A DNA stretch of 64,000 nucleotides from Longimicrobiales bacterium (GTDB taxonomy: Bacteria > Gemmatimonadota > Gemmatimonadetes > Longimicrobiales > Gaopeijiaceae), in the NCBI GenBank assembly GCA_965116905.1, contig OZ220732.1, positions 1,952,001 through 2,016,000 of the forward strand, given 5' to 3'. Under the pieces are notes generated by a model. The model had not been told where the DNA came from and made no database searches. It saw only the letters and a program-made list of their open reading frames with translations. Shown piece after piece: positions 47,831 through 58,203 of this stretch. Within the stretch, counting starts at the first letter, position 1. The number at the start of each line of letters is the position of its first letter. The position numbers and the translations under genes are program-made.

Positions 47831-49811
47831 ATTCGAGATTCAGGCGCCCTTCGAGCCGCACGGCGATCAGCCCGCCGCGATCGTCGAACTGGGCGAAGGC
47901 CTGCGCGCCGGGGCGCGCTTCCAGACGTTGCTGGGCGCCACGGGGACGGGAAAGACGCTCACGATGGCCCACGTCATCGCGGAGTCGAAGCGGCCCACGC
48001 TGGTCATGTCGCACAACAAGACGCTTGCCGCCCAGCTCTACGGCGAACTCAAGTCGCTGCTCCCCGCCAACGCCGTCGAATACTTCGTCTCGTACTACGA
48101 CTACTACCAGCCCGAGGCCTACGTCCCCGCGACCGACACCTACATCGAGAAGGATGCGTCCATCAACGAGGACATCGAGCGGCTGCGCCTGCGCGCCACG
48201 TCCTCGCTGATCGAACGCCGCGACGTGGTCGTGGTGGCGTCGGTGTCCTGCATCTACGGGCTGGGCAATCCGGTCGACTACCGGGGATTAATGCTCCACC
48301 TCGAAGTCGGGGAGGAGGTCCCGCGTCAGAAGATCCTGCGGGGCCTGGTCGACATCCTGTACAAGCGCAACGACATCGCCTTCGAGCGCGGCGCCTTCCG
48401 GGTGCGCGGCGACACGATCGAGGTGTTTCCGGCGTACGAGGAACAGGCGATCCGGATCGAACTTTGGGGAGACGAAATCGAGCGGATCACGCGTTTCGAC
48501 CCGCTTACCGGCGAGACGATCGCGAAGCTGGGGCGCACGGCGGTCTACCCGGCATCGCACTACGTGACGCGGCAGCGCACGATCGAGGAGATGGCCCCGT
48601 TGATCCGGGAGGAGATGGCGGCGCAGGTGGAGCAGTTCAAGGCGGCGGGACTCCTCCTGGAGGCGCAGAGGATCGAGTCGCGCACCAACTTCGATCTCGA
48701 GATGATGCTCGAGATGGGGACGTGCCCGGGCATCGAGAACTACAGCCGCTACACGAGCGGGCGGGAGCCGGGGGAGCGGCCGGCGTGTCTTCTGGACTAC
48801 TTCCCCGACGACTTTCTCCTGATCGTCGACGAGTCCCATGTGACCATTCCGCAGCTCCACGGGATGTACAAGGGCGACCGGTCGCGCAAGGAGACGCTGG
48901 TGCAGCACGGGTTCCGCCTTCCGTCGGCGATCGACAACCGTCCGCTGCGCTTCGAGGAGTGGCGGTCGCTGCTGAAACAGGTCGTGTTCGTGTCCGCGAC
49001 ACCCGGCGACTACGAGTTGGAACAGAGCGGCGGGGTCGTGACCGAACAGATCATCCGCCCCACGGGTCTGGTGGATCCGCCGATCGACGTGCGCCCGGTG
49101 CGCGGCCAGGTGGACGACCTGCTCGCGGAGATCCGCGACCGCGCGGACAGGGACGAGCGGGTGTTGGTCACCACCCTGACCAAGCGCATGGCCGAGGACC
49201 TCTCGGAGTACTTCCAGTCGGTCGGGGTGAAGGTGCGGTACATGCACGCCGACATCGACGCGATCGAGCGCATGGAAATCCTGCGTGCGCTGCGCCTGGG
49301 GAGGATCGACGTGCTCGTGGGCATCAACCTGCTGCGCGAAGGGCTCGATCTGCCCGAGGTGTCGCTGGTCGCGATCCTGGACGCCGACAAGGAGGGATTC
49401 CTGCGCAACGCCCGCTCCCTGATCCAGACGGTGGGCCGCGCGGCGCGCAACGCGAACGGCAAGGCGATCCTCTACGCGGACACCATCACCGGGTCGATGC
49501 AGGTGTGCCTCGACGAGACCGGGCGCCGCCGGCGCGTGCAGATCGCCCACAACGAACGCCACGGGATCGTGCCGAAGACCATCCGCAAGAGCGTCGAGCA
49601 GATCGAGCTGTCGACCCGCGTGGCCGACGCGCGCGACAAGCCGGTCGCCAAGGTGGCGGAGTCCGCGCCCGATTACGCGGACGAGATCGACTCGGAGGCC
49701 TTTGTGAAGATCCTCGAGGAGGAGATGGCCAAGGCGGCCGAGGCGCTGGACTTCGAGAGGGCGGCCACCCTGAGGGACCAGCTGTTCGACCTCAAGGCGG
49801 CGGTGGGTTGA
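47823..49811 (+). CDS. uvrB: Excinuclease ABC subunit B
   Basis: [35 protein letters not shown] and C-terminal UVR domain. Confidence 0.99.
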   Translation: MPEFEIQAPFEPHGDQPAAIVELGEGLRAGARFQTLLGATGTGKTLTMAHVIAESKRPTLVMSHNKTLAAQLYGELKSLLPANAVEYFVSYYDYYQPEAYVPATDTYIEKDASINEDIERLRLRATSSLIERRDVVVVASVSCIYGLGNPVDYRGLMLHLEVGEEVPRQKILRGLVDILYKRNDIAFERGAFRVRGDTIEVFPAYEEQAIRIELWGDEIERITRFDPLTGETIAKLGRTAVYPASHYVTRQRTIEEMAPLIREEMAAQVEQFKAAGLLLEAQRIESRTNFDLEMMLEMGTCPGIENYSRYTSGREPGERPACLLDYFPDDFLLIVDESHVTIPQLHGMYKGDRSRKETLVQHGFRLPSAIDNRPLRFEEWRSLLKQVVFVSATPGDYELEQSGGVVTEQIIRPTGLVDPPIDVRPVRGQVDDLLAEIRDRADRDERVLVTTLTKRMAEDLSEYFQSVGVKVRYMHADIDAIERMEILRALRLGRIDVLVGINLLREGLDLPEVSLVAILDADKEGFLRNARSLIQTVGRAARNANGKAILYADTITGSMQVCLDETGRRRRVQIAHNERHGIVPKTIRKSVEQIELSTRVADARDKPVAKVAESAPDYADEIDSEAFVKILEEEMAKAAEALDFERAATLRDQLFDLKAAVG

Positions 49812-50359
49812 GCCCGACGGCCGGGACCGGTGGTGACCGCGCGGGAACCGCGAACGCGCCGGCGTCAGGCACCGGGGGCCACCGGGCCGTCCATCTCACC
49901 GAAGACGAACTGGTCGCATGGGGACACCGGATCGGAGCCACCGCCGAGGTCCCGGTCTTCATCGGCCTGATCGGGCCCCTGGGTGCGGGCAAGTCCGTTC
50001 TGGCACGGGCCGTCGCACGCGGGGCCGGCGTGGAGGGCGCCCTGCCGTCCCCGACGTTCAACATCGTGTTCCGGTACCCGGCTCCCGGGGCGGCGGTCAT
50101 CCACGCCGACCTCTTCCGCATTGCCTCGGAGCAGGAGCTGGCCGGGATCGGATGGGAGGACATGGTAGCCGACATGAGGGCCATCGTGCTGGTCGAGTGG
50201 TGTGCACGCGCGGGGAGCGAACTGCCGCGCAACCGCTGGGAAGTCACGCTGGGCTTTGTCGACGACGTTGCGCGGCGCGCGGTGCGCGTGGAGCGCATTG
50301 GCGAGCCCTCGCCCCTTCCGGGTCCGGGTCTTGACGCGCCCGGAGAGGGCGCGGAGTAG
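49808..50359 (+). CDS. tsaE: tRNA threonylcarbamoyladenosine biosynthesis ATPase TsaE
   Basis: [20 protein letters not shown] and LVEW; TTG start overlapping the uvrB stop (estimate). Confidence 0.9.
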   Translation: MSPTAGTGGDRAGTANAPASGTGGHRAVHLTEDELVAWGHRIGATAEVPVFIGLIGPLGAGKSVLARAVARGAGVEGALPSPTFNIVFRYPAPGAAVIHADLFRIASEQELAGIGWEDMVADMRAIVLVEWCARAGSELPRNRWEVTLGFVDDVARRAVRVERIGEPSPLPGPGLDAPGEGAE

Positions 50360-50391
50360 CGGTCCGTGGTGCCGACGAGCGGCGGATCCGG

Positions 50392-51159
50392 ATGACCGGG
50401 CGGGCACCGGACGGTCCCGTCGTGGCGATCGAGACCTCCGGCTGGTTGGGGTCGGTCGCGGTGGCGGTCGGCGGATCCGTCGTGGCGCGCCGTTTTCTGA
50501 CCGAGCGCGCCGGCCACGCGTCCGGACTGATTCCGGCCGTGCAGGAGGTCCTCGAGGAGGGCGGCACCGGTTTGCCGCAGGTCGCGGGTGTGGTCGTCGG
50601 GGCCGGGCCGGGCTCCTTCACCGGGGTCCGGATTGCCGGGGCCGCCGCGAAGGGCCTCGCGTCGGGGCTCGGTGTCCCCCTCTACGCCGCCTCCAGCCTG
50701 CAGGCCGCTTCCTTCGCCGTGGAGGCCTTCGCCGGTGACCCGGAGGCACTCGAAGATGCGATCGCGGATGCGGGGCTGGGAGCGGATGCGGATGGGGACC
50801 GCGGGGTCATCGCCGGAAAGGGCGAGGATCGGGAGGTGCGCTACGTCCTTTTCGACGCGCGAAACGGCCGGGTGTACGGCGCCTGCTACGATGTGGATGC
50901 GAACGGGCCCACAGAGGTTGCGGCACCGCACGGCGGCACGATTCTGGATGTGCTCAACGGACGCCCCCCCCTGGGGACGTGCTTCATGGGAGACGGGGCG
51001 GTGGCGCACGCGGCGCTGATTCACGCCGCCGGCTACGAAATACGGCCGCCCCCTGCCGGGATCGCCCTCGCGGATGCGGTGGTGAAGTGCTGCCGCTGGG
51101 AGCCGGTGGATGTCGCCGACTGGCAGCCCGACTACGTGAGGGAATGGAGATCCGGATGA
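50392..51159 (+). CDS. tsaB: t6A biosynthesis protein TsaB
   Basis: AIETS, GPGSFTGVRI, DARNGRVY and PDYVR. Confidence 0.92.
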   Translation: MTGRAPDGPVVAIETSGWLGSVAVAVGGSVVARRFLTERAGHASGLIPAVQEVLEEGGTGLPQVAGVVVGAGPGSFTGVRIAGAAAKGLASGLGVPLYAASSLQAASFAVEAFAGDPEALEDAIADAGLGADADGDRGVIAGKGEDREVRYVLFDARNGRVYGACYDVDANGPTEVAAPHGGTILDVLNGRPPLGTCFMGDGAVAHAALIHAAGYEIRPPPAGIALADAVVKCCRWEPVDVADWQPDYVREWRSG

Positions 51160-51614
51160 CCGAGCGGATCTCCGTGCGTCGCGCGATGCGTTCGGACCTT
51201 GCCGCCATCCGCCAGATCGAGGAGTCGTCCTTCTCGCGCCCCTGGAAGGGCGAGACCTTCGACGAGTTGCTCGGAGCGCCCGGGATGGACGTGCTCGTTG
51301 CGGTCGCCGGCGCGGAGGTGGCGGGCTATGCGGTGCTGGCCACCAGGAAACGGGAGGCCGAACTGGCCAACCTGGCCGTGAGCGCCTCGCACCGCGGAGA
51401 AGGCATTGGGCGGGCCCTGCTCGCCCGTGCGCTCGAGGTCTGCCGGGATCGGGGCGCGCGGAGGGCCCTGTTGGCGGTGCGGGCCTCCAACCGGGGAGCG
51501 ATCCGTCTGTATCTGCGGCACGGGTTCAGGGCCATCGGCAGTCACGGTTCCTACTACGAGGATCCCTCGGAAGACGCCTGCATCATGGTGCTCGACCTGC
51601 GCAAGGGAAGCTGA
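51156..51614 (+). CDS. rimI: Ribosomal protein S18 N-acetyltransferase RimI (GNAT)
   Basis: SFSRPW, LAV...RGEGIG, VRASN..AIRLY and YYEDPSEDA; follows tsaB. Confidence 0.85.
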   Translation: MTERISVRRAMRSDLAAIRQIEESSFSRPWKGETFDELLGAPGMDVLVAVAGAEVAGYAVLATRKREAELANLAVSASHRGEGIGRALLARALEVCRDRGARRALLAVRASNRGAIRLYLRHGFRAIGSHGSYYEDPSEDACIMVLDLRKGS

Positions 51615-51671
51615 CCGGGGGTTCTCGTTTTCCGGCGAGCGGCTAACTTTCGACGCAGGTACTGCAACCGA

Positions 51672-52652
51672 ATGGAGATGATGCCCGAGGACGGCCGAAA
51701 GGTCCTGGTCACCGGCGGCGCCGGTTTCATCGGGAGTCATGTCGCCGACGCCCACCTGGAGCGGGGCGATCGCGTCTGGGTCGTCGACGATCTTTCTTCC
51801 GGGCGGCTGGACAACGTGCCGCCGGACGCCGAGTTCCACCGGATCGACATCGGGGACCCCGAGGTGGGCGAGCTCATCCGCGATGTGGGCTTCGATCTCA
51901 TCAACCACCACGCGGCCCAGATCGACGTGCGCCGCTCCGTGGCCGATCCGCTCCTGGACGCCCGGGCCAACATCCTCGGGCTGGTGAACATTCTGGAGGC
52001 CGCGCGACAGGCCGGGACGCGGCGGGTCGTGTTCGTTTCGAGCGGGGGCGTCGTCTATGGCGAGCCCGACGTGCTTCCGACGCCGGAGAGCGCGCCCAAA
52101 TCACCGCTCTCTCCCTACGGGATCTCCAAGCTCGCGGGCGAGTACTATCTGAACTACTACAGGGAGGTCCACGGGATGGACTACGTGGCCCTCCGTTACG
52201 GCAACGTCTACGGGCCTCGACAGGATCCCCTGGGTGAGGCCGGGGTCGTGGCCATCTTCGCGAACCGCCTTCTGGAGGGGGAACCGCTGGGCATTCACGG
52301 CGATGGAGAACAGACGAGGGACTACGTCTACGTGGGCGACGTGGCGCGCGCCAACCTGACAGCCGCGGAGATGGAGCTGCCGGCGACGGGGGGACTGGAC
52401 GCGAGGGCGTTCAACGTGGCCACGGGAGTCGGAACCAGTGTGAACGAACTCGCGCGCGCACTGGAGGAGGTCGCCGGGACCCGCACGGGAAGGCTGTCCT
52501 GGGACGCGCGGCCGGGTGAACTTCGGCACAGCGTGCTTGCCGTCGGCCGGATCGCGCGGCGGGGCTGGACGCCGGCGCTCGACCTTCGCGGGGGCCTTGC
52601 CGAGACCTTCCGGCACATCGCGGCCCGACACGCGGTGGCACGCGTCGGATGA
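51672..52652 (+). CDS. NAD-dependent epimerase/dehydratase (GalE-like)
   Basis: TGGAGFIGS, YGISK, RYGNVYGPRQ and RDYVYVGDV. Confidence 0.9.
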   Translation: MEMMPEDGRKVLVTGGAGFIGSHVADAHLERGDRVWVVDDLSSGRLDNVPPDAEFHRIDIGDPEVGELIRDVGFDLINHHAAQIDVRRSVADPLLDARANILGLVNILEAARQAGTRRVVFVSSGGVVYGEPDVLPTPESAPKSPLSPYGISKLAGEYYLNYYREVHGMDYVALRYGNVYGPRQDPLGEAGVVAIFANRLLEGEPLGIHGDGEQTRDYVYVGDVARANLTAAEMELPATGGLDARAFNVATGVGTSVNELARALEEVAGTRTGRLSWDARPGELRHSVLAVGRIARRGWTPALDLRGGLAETFRHIAARHAVARVG

Positions 52653-53359
52653 GCGCGCCTCTGCAGGACCTCCGGACTCCGCAGGACATCCCGGACATGA
52701 TTCTGGGGGCCAGTCCCCCGACCCACGTGGTGCTGGCCGTCCTGGCGCTCTTCTCGGTCCTCTCGCTTTGGGTGATTCTGGCCAAGGTCCGACGGTTCCG
52801 CTCAGTCCGCCGCGAGGGCGACGAGTTCCTCGCCCGGCTCGACCGCGTCAACGGCCTTGGAGAGGCTTCGGAGGCCGTGCTCACGCTGCCGGAGTCCCCC
52901 TACACCCGCCTCTTTCGCGCGGGCCTGAACTTCTTTGCGGAGTTGAATCCCGGCGCCCTCGGAGGCTCGGGCCGCGCCACCGGACTGTCGCTGACGCAGC
53001 TGGAGGCGCTGCGCCTGGTCATGGACAAGGTCGAGGCGGAGGAGGTGGACGAGCTCGGCCACGGCCTGAACTGGCTCGCCATCATCGGGTCGGTCTCGCC
53101 GCTGCTGGGCCTGATGGGCACGGTCATCGGCATCATGAACACGTTCCTGGGCATCACGACCTCTGCGTCCACCAACATCAGCGCGGTGGCCCCCGGGGTG
53201 GCCGAGGCCCTGATCACGACCGTTGCCGGCCTGTCCGTCGCGATTCCCTCGGTGATCGCGTACAACCACTTCGCGTCGCGCCTCAACCTCGTTCTCGGTG
53301 AGCTGGAAGGGTTCGCCAGCGAGTTCATCGGGACTCTGGCCAAGGAACGCCACGTATGA
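52649..53359 (+). CDS. tolQ: TolQ (MotA/TolQ/ExbB)
   Basis: SPLLGLMGTVIGIM and APGVAEALITT..GL.VAIP, in tol-pal context. Confidence 0.9.
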   Translation: MSAPLQDLRTPQDIPDMILGASPPTHVVLAVLALFSVLSLWVILAKVRRFRSVRREGDEFLARLDRVNGLGEASEAVLTLPESPYTRLFRAGLNFFAELNPGALGGSGRATGLSLTQLEALRLVMDKVEAEEVDELGHGLNWLAIIGSVSPLLGLMGTVIGIMNTFLGITTSASTNISAVAPGVAEALITTVAGLSVAIPSVIAYNHFASRLNLVLGELEGFASEFIGTLAKERHV

Positions 53360-53772
53360 GGAGGCGGGGGGGAAGCCGCGGCCGGCTGCCGGTGCGCTCG
53401 GAGATCAACGTGACGAGCCTGGTCGACGTGGCCTTCACCCTCTTGGTCATCTTCATCATCACGGCCCCGGTGCTGCAGGGCGGCGTCGAGGTCAACGTGC
53501 CGGAGGGGCACGTGGACGTCGTTGAGGCGTCGGACGACATGGTCAGGGTCGTCGTGCGGGAAGACAACACGGTGTTCGTGGGGGAGGCCCAGGTCGCGGA
53601 GGCGGATCTCGAGGAGATCCTGACACGGATCATTCAGGAGAATGGTGCGGACATGGTCTACCTGTGGGGCGACTCGCTGGCGATGTACGGACGCGTCGCG
53701 GCGGCGATCAGCGCCGTGGCCGCACAGGAGGGCGTCGGGCTTTCCCTGATCCTTCAGGAGATCCGCCGATGA
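53356..53772 (+). CDS. tolR: TolR (ExbD family)
   Basis: SEINVTSLVDVAFTLLVIFIITAP. Confidence 0.9.
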   Translation: MRRRGGSRGRLPVRSEINVTSLVDVAFTLLVIFIITAPVLQGGVEVNVPEGHVDVVEASDDMVRVVVREDNTVFVGEAQVAEADLEEILTRIIQENGADMVYLWGDSLAMYGRVAAAISAVAAQEGVGLSLILQEIRR

Positions 53773-54536
53773 CCGGCCCGTCCTCTTCCGGCCCGTCCGC
53801 CTCGGGCCCGTCCTCCTCCGGCCGGGATGAGAAGAAGGCGCGCAAGCGACTCGGGAGGAAGCCTCTGGGGCTGTCCCTGTCGATCCATTTGGCAATTTTT
53901 GTCATTCTCTTCTGGGTGATCCCGGCGCTCCAGCCCGAATCGCTGTTCTACGAGGTCGTCGAGATCAACATGGTCGCCGCCGCCCCGGAGCCGGAGGACC
54001 AGCTGATCGTCGAGACTCCGGACGATCCGGAGCCCCAGGAGGAGTCGCCGCTGCCCGAGCCCGAGCCGGAGCCGGAGCCTGAGCCCGAGCCGGACTCGCT
54101 CGAGACGCCGCCCGCCGAAGAGGAACCGCCTCCGGAGACCGAGACGGTCTCGACCACGGCCCCGGAACCGGAGGACGGCGATGACGAGGTCACGGCACGG
54201 ATCGAAGGGTTTCGGCGGGACTTTCCCGAGTACTACGAGCGCATCACCAATCAGATCAGGCGCTGTTTCCGGCCTCCGGACACGGGGCTAAGGGATGTCG
54301 TGGTGCGCTTTTTCGTCCAGCGGGACGGGACCACCACCGACATCGGCATCATGTCCTCCTCGGGCAGCTTTTCGTTCGATACGGCCGCCGAGGCGGCGAT
54401 CGAATGCGCGGGTCAGCCGGGGCGTCTGGGGCCGTTGCCCGACGAGTACCGCTATCCGGTGCTTCCGATCAACTACACCATCAGCCCGAGAGAAGGCTTC
54501 ATGTTGCTGCTGCAGCAGTTGGGAGGTACCGAATGA
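53769..54536 (+). CDS. TolA/TonB-like energy transducer
   Basis: S..IH TM anchor, PEPEPE linker and C-terminal SSG...FD.AA..AI; lies between tolR and tolB. Confidence 0.8.
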   Translation: MTGPSSSGPSASGPSSSGRDEKKARKRLGRKPLGLSLSIHLAIFVILFWVIPALQPESLFYEVVEINMVAAAPEPEDQLIVETPDDPEPQEESPLPEPEPEPEPEPEPDSLETPPAEEEPPPETETVSTTAPEPEDGDDEVTARIEGFRRDFPEYYERITNQIRRCFRPPDTGLRDVVVRFFVQRDGTTTDIGIMSSSGSFSFDTAAEAAIECAGQPGRLGPLPDEYRYPVLPINYTISPREGFMLLLQQLGGTE

Positions 54537-55912
54537 CTCGGCGCGGTGGGTGGGTGCCGGCGCGAATCGCGGCACTGACCGTCCCTCTCCTGGCGTGGGG
54601 CACCGGGAGTGCGGCCCAGGAGGAGGAAGCCGCGATTCCGGGGGTCTCGCTGGGGTTCGTCTACGAGGGCGAGCGCATCCCGCCCATCGCCATCCGCCCG
54701 TTCACCGGGGGTGGGCCGGCCGCGGACATCGCGTCCATCATCGCAACGGATCTGGACTACAGTGACCGTTTCTTCGTAAGGGACTCGCTGCCCGCCGGGG
54801 TGGATGCCGACGGTGTCCAATACAGTCTCTGGGATCAGTACGGAGTCGACTGGCTGCTCACCGGCAGCATCGACAGCGAGGACGGGGTCGCCTTTCTGGA
54901 TGTCGAACTCCACGACATCGTCTTCAGCAGCATTCGCTCGCGTGCCCGATTCCCGATCCCGCCCCCCGGACATGAGGGGTTCCGTCTCGCAATCCACCAG
55001 ATCTCGGACGCCGTGGTCGAGTGGGTGCACGGCGATCCGGGAATGGCCGCGAGTCGCATCGTCTTCTCGATGAGGCCGTTCGGGAACCCGGACAGCAAGG
55101 AGCTGTACGTCGTCGATTCGGACGGCGAGGGTTTGCGGCGGGTGACCTGGGACGACGACCTGGCGGTGTCCCCGGCCTGGTCCCCCGACGGGACGCACAT
55201 CGCCTATACCTCGTTCAAGTCCGGTCTGCCCAGGATCTACGAGCTGAACCTCGCGGACGGCAGCGAACGCACGGTGGACGGCGGGAGTCCCGGGGGACAG
55301 CAGTTCTCTCCCTCCTACCACCCCGATGGAGACCGCATCGCCTTCTGGACCCTCGACCCGGGAGGCACGAAGGGGATTTCGACGTACAACATCCGCGACG
55401 GCTGCTGCTTGACCCGCCTGATCAGCGGACACCACCAGAATATCCAGCCGTCGTACTCCCCCGACGGAAGCAGAATGGTATTCCTCTCCAACCGTCTGGG
55501 CTCGCAGACGCCCCAGATCTACGTCATGCCGGGCGAGGGAGGCGACGCCGAACTCCTGTCGCCGTACAGGTACGGGCAGGGCGGCTACTTCGCCGACCCG
55601 GACTGGTCGCCCACGGCCGACATGGTGGCCTTTGCCGGCGGCATCGTCGATCAGCGAGTGTACAACCAGTACGACATCTTCGTCCGCGACATCGAGAGTC
55701 CCGACAACCGCATCGTGCGGCTCACCACCGAGGGCAACAACGAGGACCCCAGCTGGGCGCCCGATGGCAGACACCTCGTGTTCGCCGGAGTGCGAAGCTA
55801 CGGGTACGGGGTCTTCGTGGTGGACACGGCGACCGGCCGCACCCGCCTTCTGGTCGCGGGGGTGCGCGCGGAGGACACGGACTGGTCGCCCGGGCTCTCG
55901 TGGGCCCGGTGA
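54533..55912 (+). CDS. tolB: TolB beta-propeller
   Basis: DLDYS, PD40 repeats (SPAWSPDG, PSYSPDG, PSWAPDG). Confidence 0.92.
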   Translation: MTRRGGWVPARIAALTVPLLAWGTGSAAQEEEAAIPGVSLGFVYEGERIPPIAIRPFTGGGPAADIASIIATDLDYSDRFFVRDSLPAGVDADGVQYSLWDQYGVDWLLTGSIDSEDGVAFLDVELHDIVFSSIRSRARFPIPPPGHEGFRLAIHQISDAVVEWVHGDPGMAASRIVFSMRPFGNPDSKELYVVDSDGEGLRRVTWDDDLAVSPAWSPDGTHIAYTSFKSGLPRIYELNLADGSERTVDGGSPGGQQFSPSYHPDGDRIAFWTLDPGGTKGISTYNIRDGCCLTRLISGHHQNIQPSYSPDGSRMVFLSNRLGSQTPQIYVMPGEGGDAELLSPYRYGQGGYFADPDWSPTADMVAFAGGIVDQRVYNQYDIFVRDIESPDNRIVRLTTEGNNEDPSWAPDGRHLVFAGVRSYGYGVFVVDTATGRTRLLVAGVRAEDTDWSPGLSWAR

Positions 55913-55993
55913 TGGTGTGGGGACCGGCGGAGCGGGCCTCGAGACCGAACCGCGAGACGCCTGGTGAACGTCGTGTTCAGGTGCCGCGAACAC

Positions 55994-56022
55994 TTGCAAA
56001 ATCCGAAGAAATCGCGTAAATA
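55994..56022 (+). promoter_or_regulatory. Sigma70-like promoter of pal
   Basis: TTGCAA-17 bp-TAAATA in the AT-rich tolB-pal gap. Confidence 0.5.
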
Positions 56023-56113
56023 CATCGCGTGTATACAACCGAGCGCGTATGTACAGCCCGACCCGGGACTGGCTCCCCGCCGGGACTTTTACCTCCACCA
56101 CACGGGAGATGGG

Positions 56114-56701
56114 ATGTCTAAATCACGGCTCATCCTCGCTGCCTGCGCAACAGTGCTCATCGCCACCGCCTGTCGGCCGGATCCCCCGCCCCCCGATCCC
56201 GCGCCAACCGGCCCGACTGCCGAAGAACTGGAGCGGATGAGGCAGGATTCGATCCGCGCGGCAGAGGAAGCCGCAAGGCGGGAGCAGGAGCGACTGGAAC
56301 GGGAGGCGGCGGCCGCGCGGGAACGGGCCGCGGCAGCGGCACGGCGCACGCTCATGGAGACGGTCTACTTCGACTATGACGAAGCGACCATCCGGCCCGA
56401 CACCGAGGAAAGACTCCGGGCCAAGCTGGAAATCCTGCGGAACAATTCCGACGTTCGCCTGCGCATGGAGGGTCACGCCGACGAGCGGGGCACCTCGGAA
56501 TACAACTTTGCGCTGGGGAACGATCGCGCCGAGTCGGTGATTCGGTTCCTGACCGGATTCGGGCTCGACATGGGCCGGTTCTCCTCGGTTTCGTACGGCG
56601 AGGAACGACCGGTGGCGCAGGGATCCACCGAAGCCGCGTGGGCCCAGAACCGCAGAGTCGAATTCGTGATTACCGCGGGCGGCAACGACCTGGGACGGTA
56701 G
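56114..56701 (+). CDS. pal: Peptidoglycan-associated lipoprotein Pal
   Basis: Lipobox IATAC, YFDYD, EGHADERGTSEYN, SYGEERP and NRRVEF. Confidence 0.96.
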   Translation: MSKSRLILAACATVLIATACRPDPPPPDPAPTGPTAEELERMRQDSIRAAEEAARREQERLEREAAAARERAAAAARRTLMETVYFDYDEATIRPDTEERLRAKLEILRNNSDVRLRMEGHADERGTSEYNFALGNDRAESVIRFLTGFGLDMGRFSSVSYGEERPVAQGSTEAAWAQNRRVEFVITAGGNDLGR

Positions 56702-56825
56702 GGCGGGTTTGACGGAACCGCCGGGACGACGTGCAGAGAGCCGTGCCGGTGGTCGCGCCGGTGGCCCCATGGACTTGTGGCTCGCCCGTGCGTCTGCAGG
56801 CGCCCGAGCGGGAAGGACCAGGCAA

Positions 56826-57626
56826 TTGACGGTGCGGAATTCCACGGCTGCGAAATGGGTCGGCATCGCACTGCTCGGATCATCGCTGGCCGCGTGCGCG
56901 ACCAAGACGGATTTCCGGAATCTCGAGTCCGAAGTCCGTGCCCTCGCGGCGCGGCAGGACACCGCCACCCTGGCGTTGCAACGAGTCCAACGGGTGAACC
57001 GGACGGTGATCGATTCCGTGGGGGCGCTGTCGGAGTCGTTGTTCGAGTTCAGGGGTGACGTCAGCAATCGGCTGCTCTCGATTCAGGACCAGCTTCTGCT
57101 CCTCGGCGAGCTCGTGGGCCAGAGCCAGCGGAGCCTGGCCACCATGCGCGAGGAGCTCATCGCGCAGCGGCAGCAGCTCGAGGACCGCTTGAGCGCGCGG
57201 GGCGAGCCGGGAGACACGCTCGAGGTGGTCGGCGGGGAGGCCGGAGAGCAGGACGCCGCCGACGTGGCCTTCGCGTCCCTGCAGACGGAGCTCGACCGGG
57301 GGAACCTCAACACCGCACGGAGGGGCTTCGAGCGCTTCATCTCGATGTACCCCAACAGCGAATTTGCGCCATCCGCCCACCTGCACCTCGGCGAACTGCT
57401 GAGTGGCGAGGAGCGCCTGGAGGAAGCGGTGGCGATGTATCTCGAAGTGCCCAGGCTCTTCCCCACTGCCGAAGAGGTCCCCGACGCGCTGTACCGTGCC
57501 GGCGTGCTGAGCATCGAGTTGAACGACTTCGAGCAGGCCCGCCAGCTGTTGGAGCGCCTCGTCAATACCTACCCGGGCCATCGCTACGTGGAGCAGGCCC
57601 GGGAACGGCTGCAGGGCATTCCCTGA
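56826..57626 (+). CDS. cpoB: Tol-Pal associated CpoB/YbgF-like TPR lipoprotein (start uncertain)
   Basis: Lipobox LAAC, coiled coil, YPNS and PDALYR TPRs; follows pal. Confidence 0.8.
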   Translation: MTVRNSTAAKWVGIALLGSSLAACATKTDFRNLESEVRALAARQDTATLALQRVQRVNRTVIDSVGALSESLFEFRGDVSNRLLSIQDQLLLLGELVGQSQRSLATMREELIAQRQQLEDRLSARGEPGDTLEVVGGEAGEQDAADVAFASLQTELDRGNLNTARRGFERFISMYPNSEFAPSAHLHLGELLSGEERLEEAVAMYLEVPRLFPTAEEVPDALYRAGVLSIELNDFEQARQLLERLVNTYPGHRYVEQARERLQGIP

Positions 57627-57636
57627 CGGGATCCCG

Positions 57637-58203
57637 ATGACTTGCCCGGCCTGCGAATCCGGGTCCAGCAAGGTCGTCGACACCAGGGCGGCCAAGGGTG
57701 GCCGGGCCATCCGTCGACGCCGCGAATGCCTCGGTTGCGGACAACGGTTCACGACCTATGAGCGCGTCGAGGAACGCGCCGTGCGCGTGGTCAAGCGCGA
57801 CGGGAGCGCCGAGGACTTCCAGCGCGACAAACTGGAGGCGGGGATCGCGACCGCCTGCGCCAAGCGTCCGGTGTCGCCGGCGGAGATCGAGGCCCTCCTG
57901 AACCGCATCGAAGACAACGTAATGGGGTCGGCGCGCGTCGAAATACAGTCGCGCGTGATCGGCGAGCAGGTCATGGAGGGGTTGAAGCCGCTCGACCGGG
58001 TGGCGTATGTACGCTATGCCTCCGTGTATCGGAACTTTCAGCACATCGACGAATTTCAGGAAGTCGTGGACGAACTCACCGTGAGAGACCAGCGCGATCA
58101 CCGGCGGCGCTTCCAGCGTGAACTGCCGCTCGCGGGTGGCGAAGACCTGGCGGGTGGCGAAGACCTGGCGGATGGCGAAGACCTGGTGGGAGAGCGGCCA
58201 TGA
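57637..58203 (+). CDS. nrdR: Transcriptional repressor NrdR
   Basis: CPAC...VVDTR, IRRRRECLGC..RFTTYE, ATP cone and VAYVRYASVYR. Confidence 0.96.
   Translation: MTCPACESGSSKVVDTRAAKGGRAIRRRRECLGCGQRFTTYERVEERAVRVVKRDGSAEDFQRDKLEAGIATACAKRPVSPAEIEALLNRIEDNVMGSARVEIQSRVIGEQVMEGLKPLDRVAYVRYASVYRNFQHIDEFQEVVDELTVRDQRDHRRRFQRELPLAGGEDLAGGEDLADGEDLVGERP
58132..58185 (+). repeat. 3 x 18-bp tandem repeat in the nrdR 3' end
   Basis: GCGG(G/A)TGGCGAAGACCTG x3, encoding AGGEDL. Confidence 0.9.

Noticed and set aside
48464..49807. 631-aa ORF suggesting an extended TsaE
   Set aside because: The upstream part is an alternate frame of uvrB; TsaE motifs begin only after 49808.
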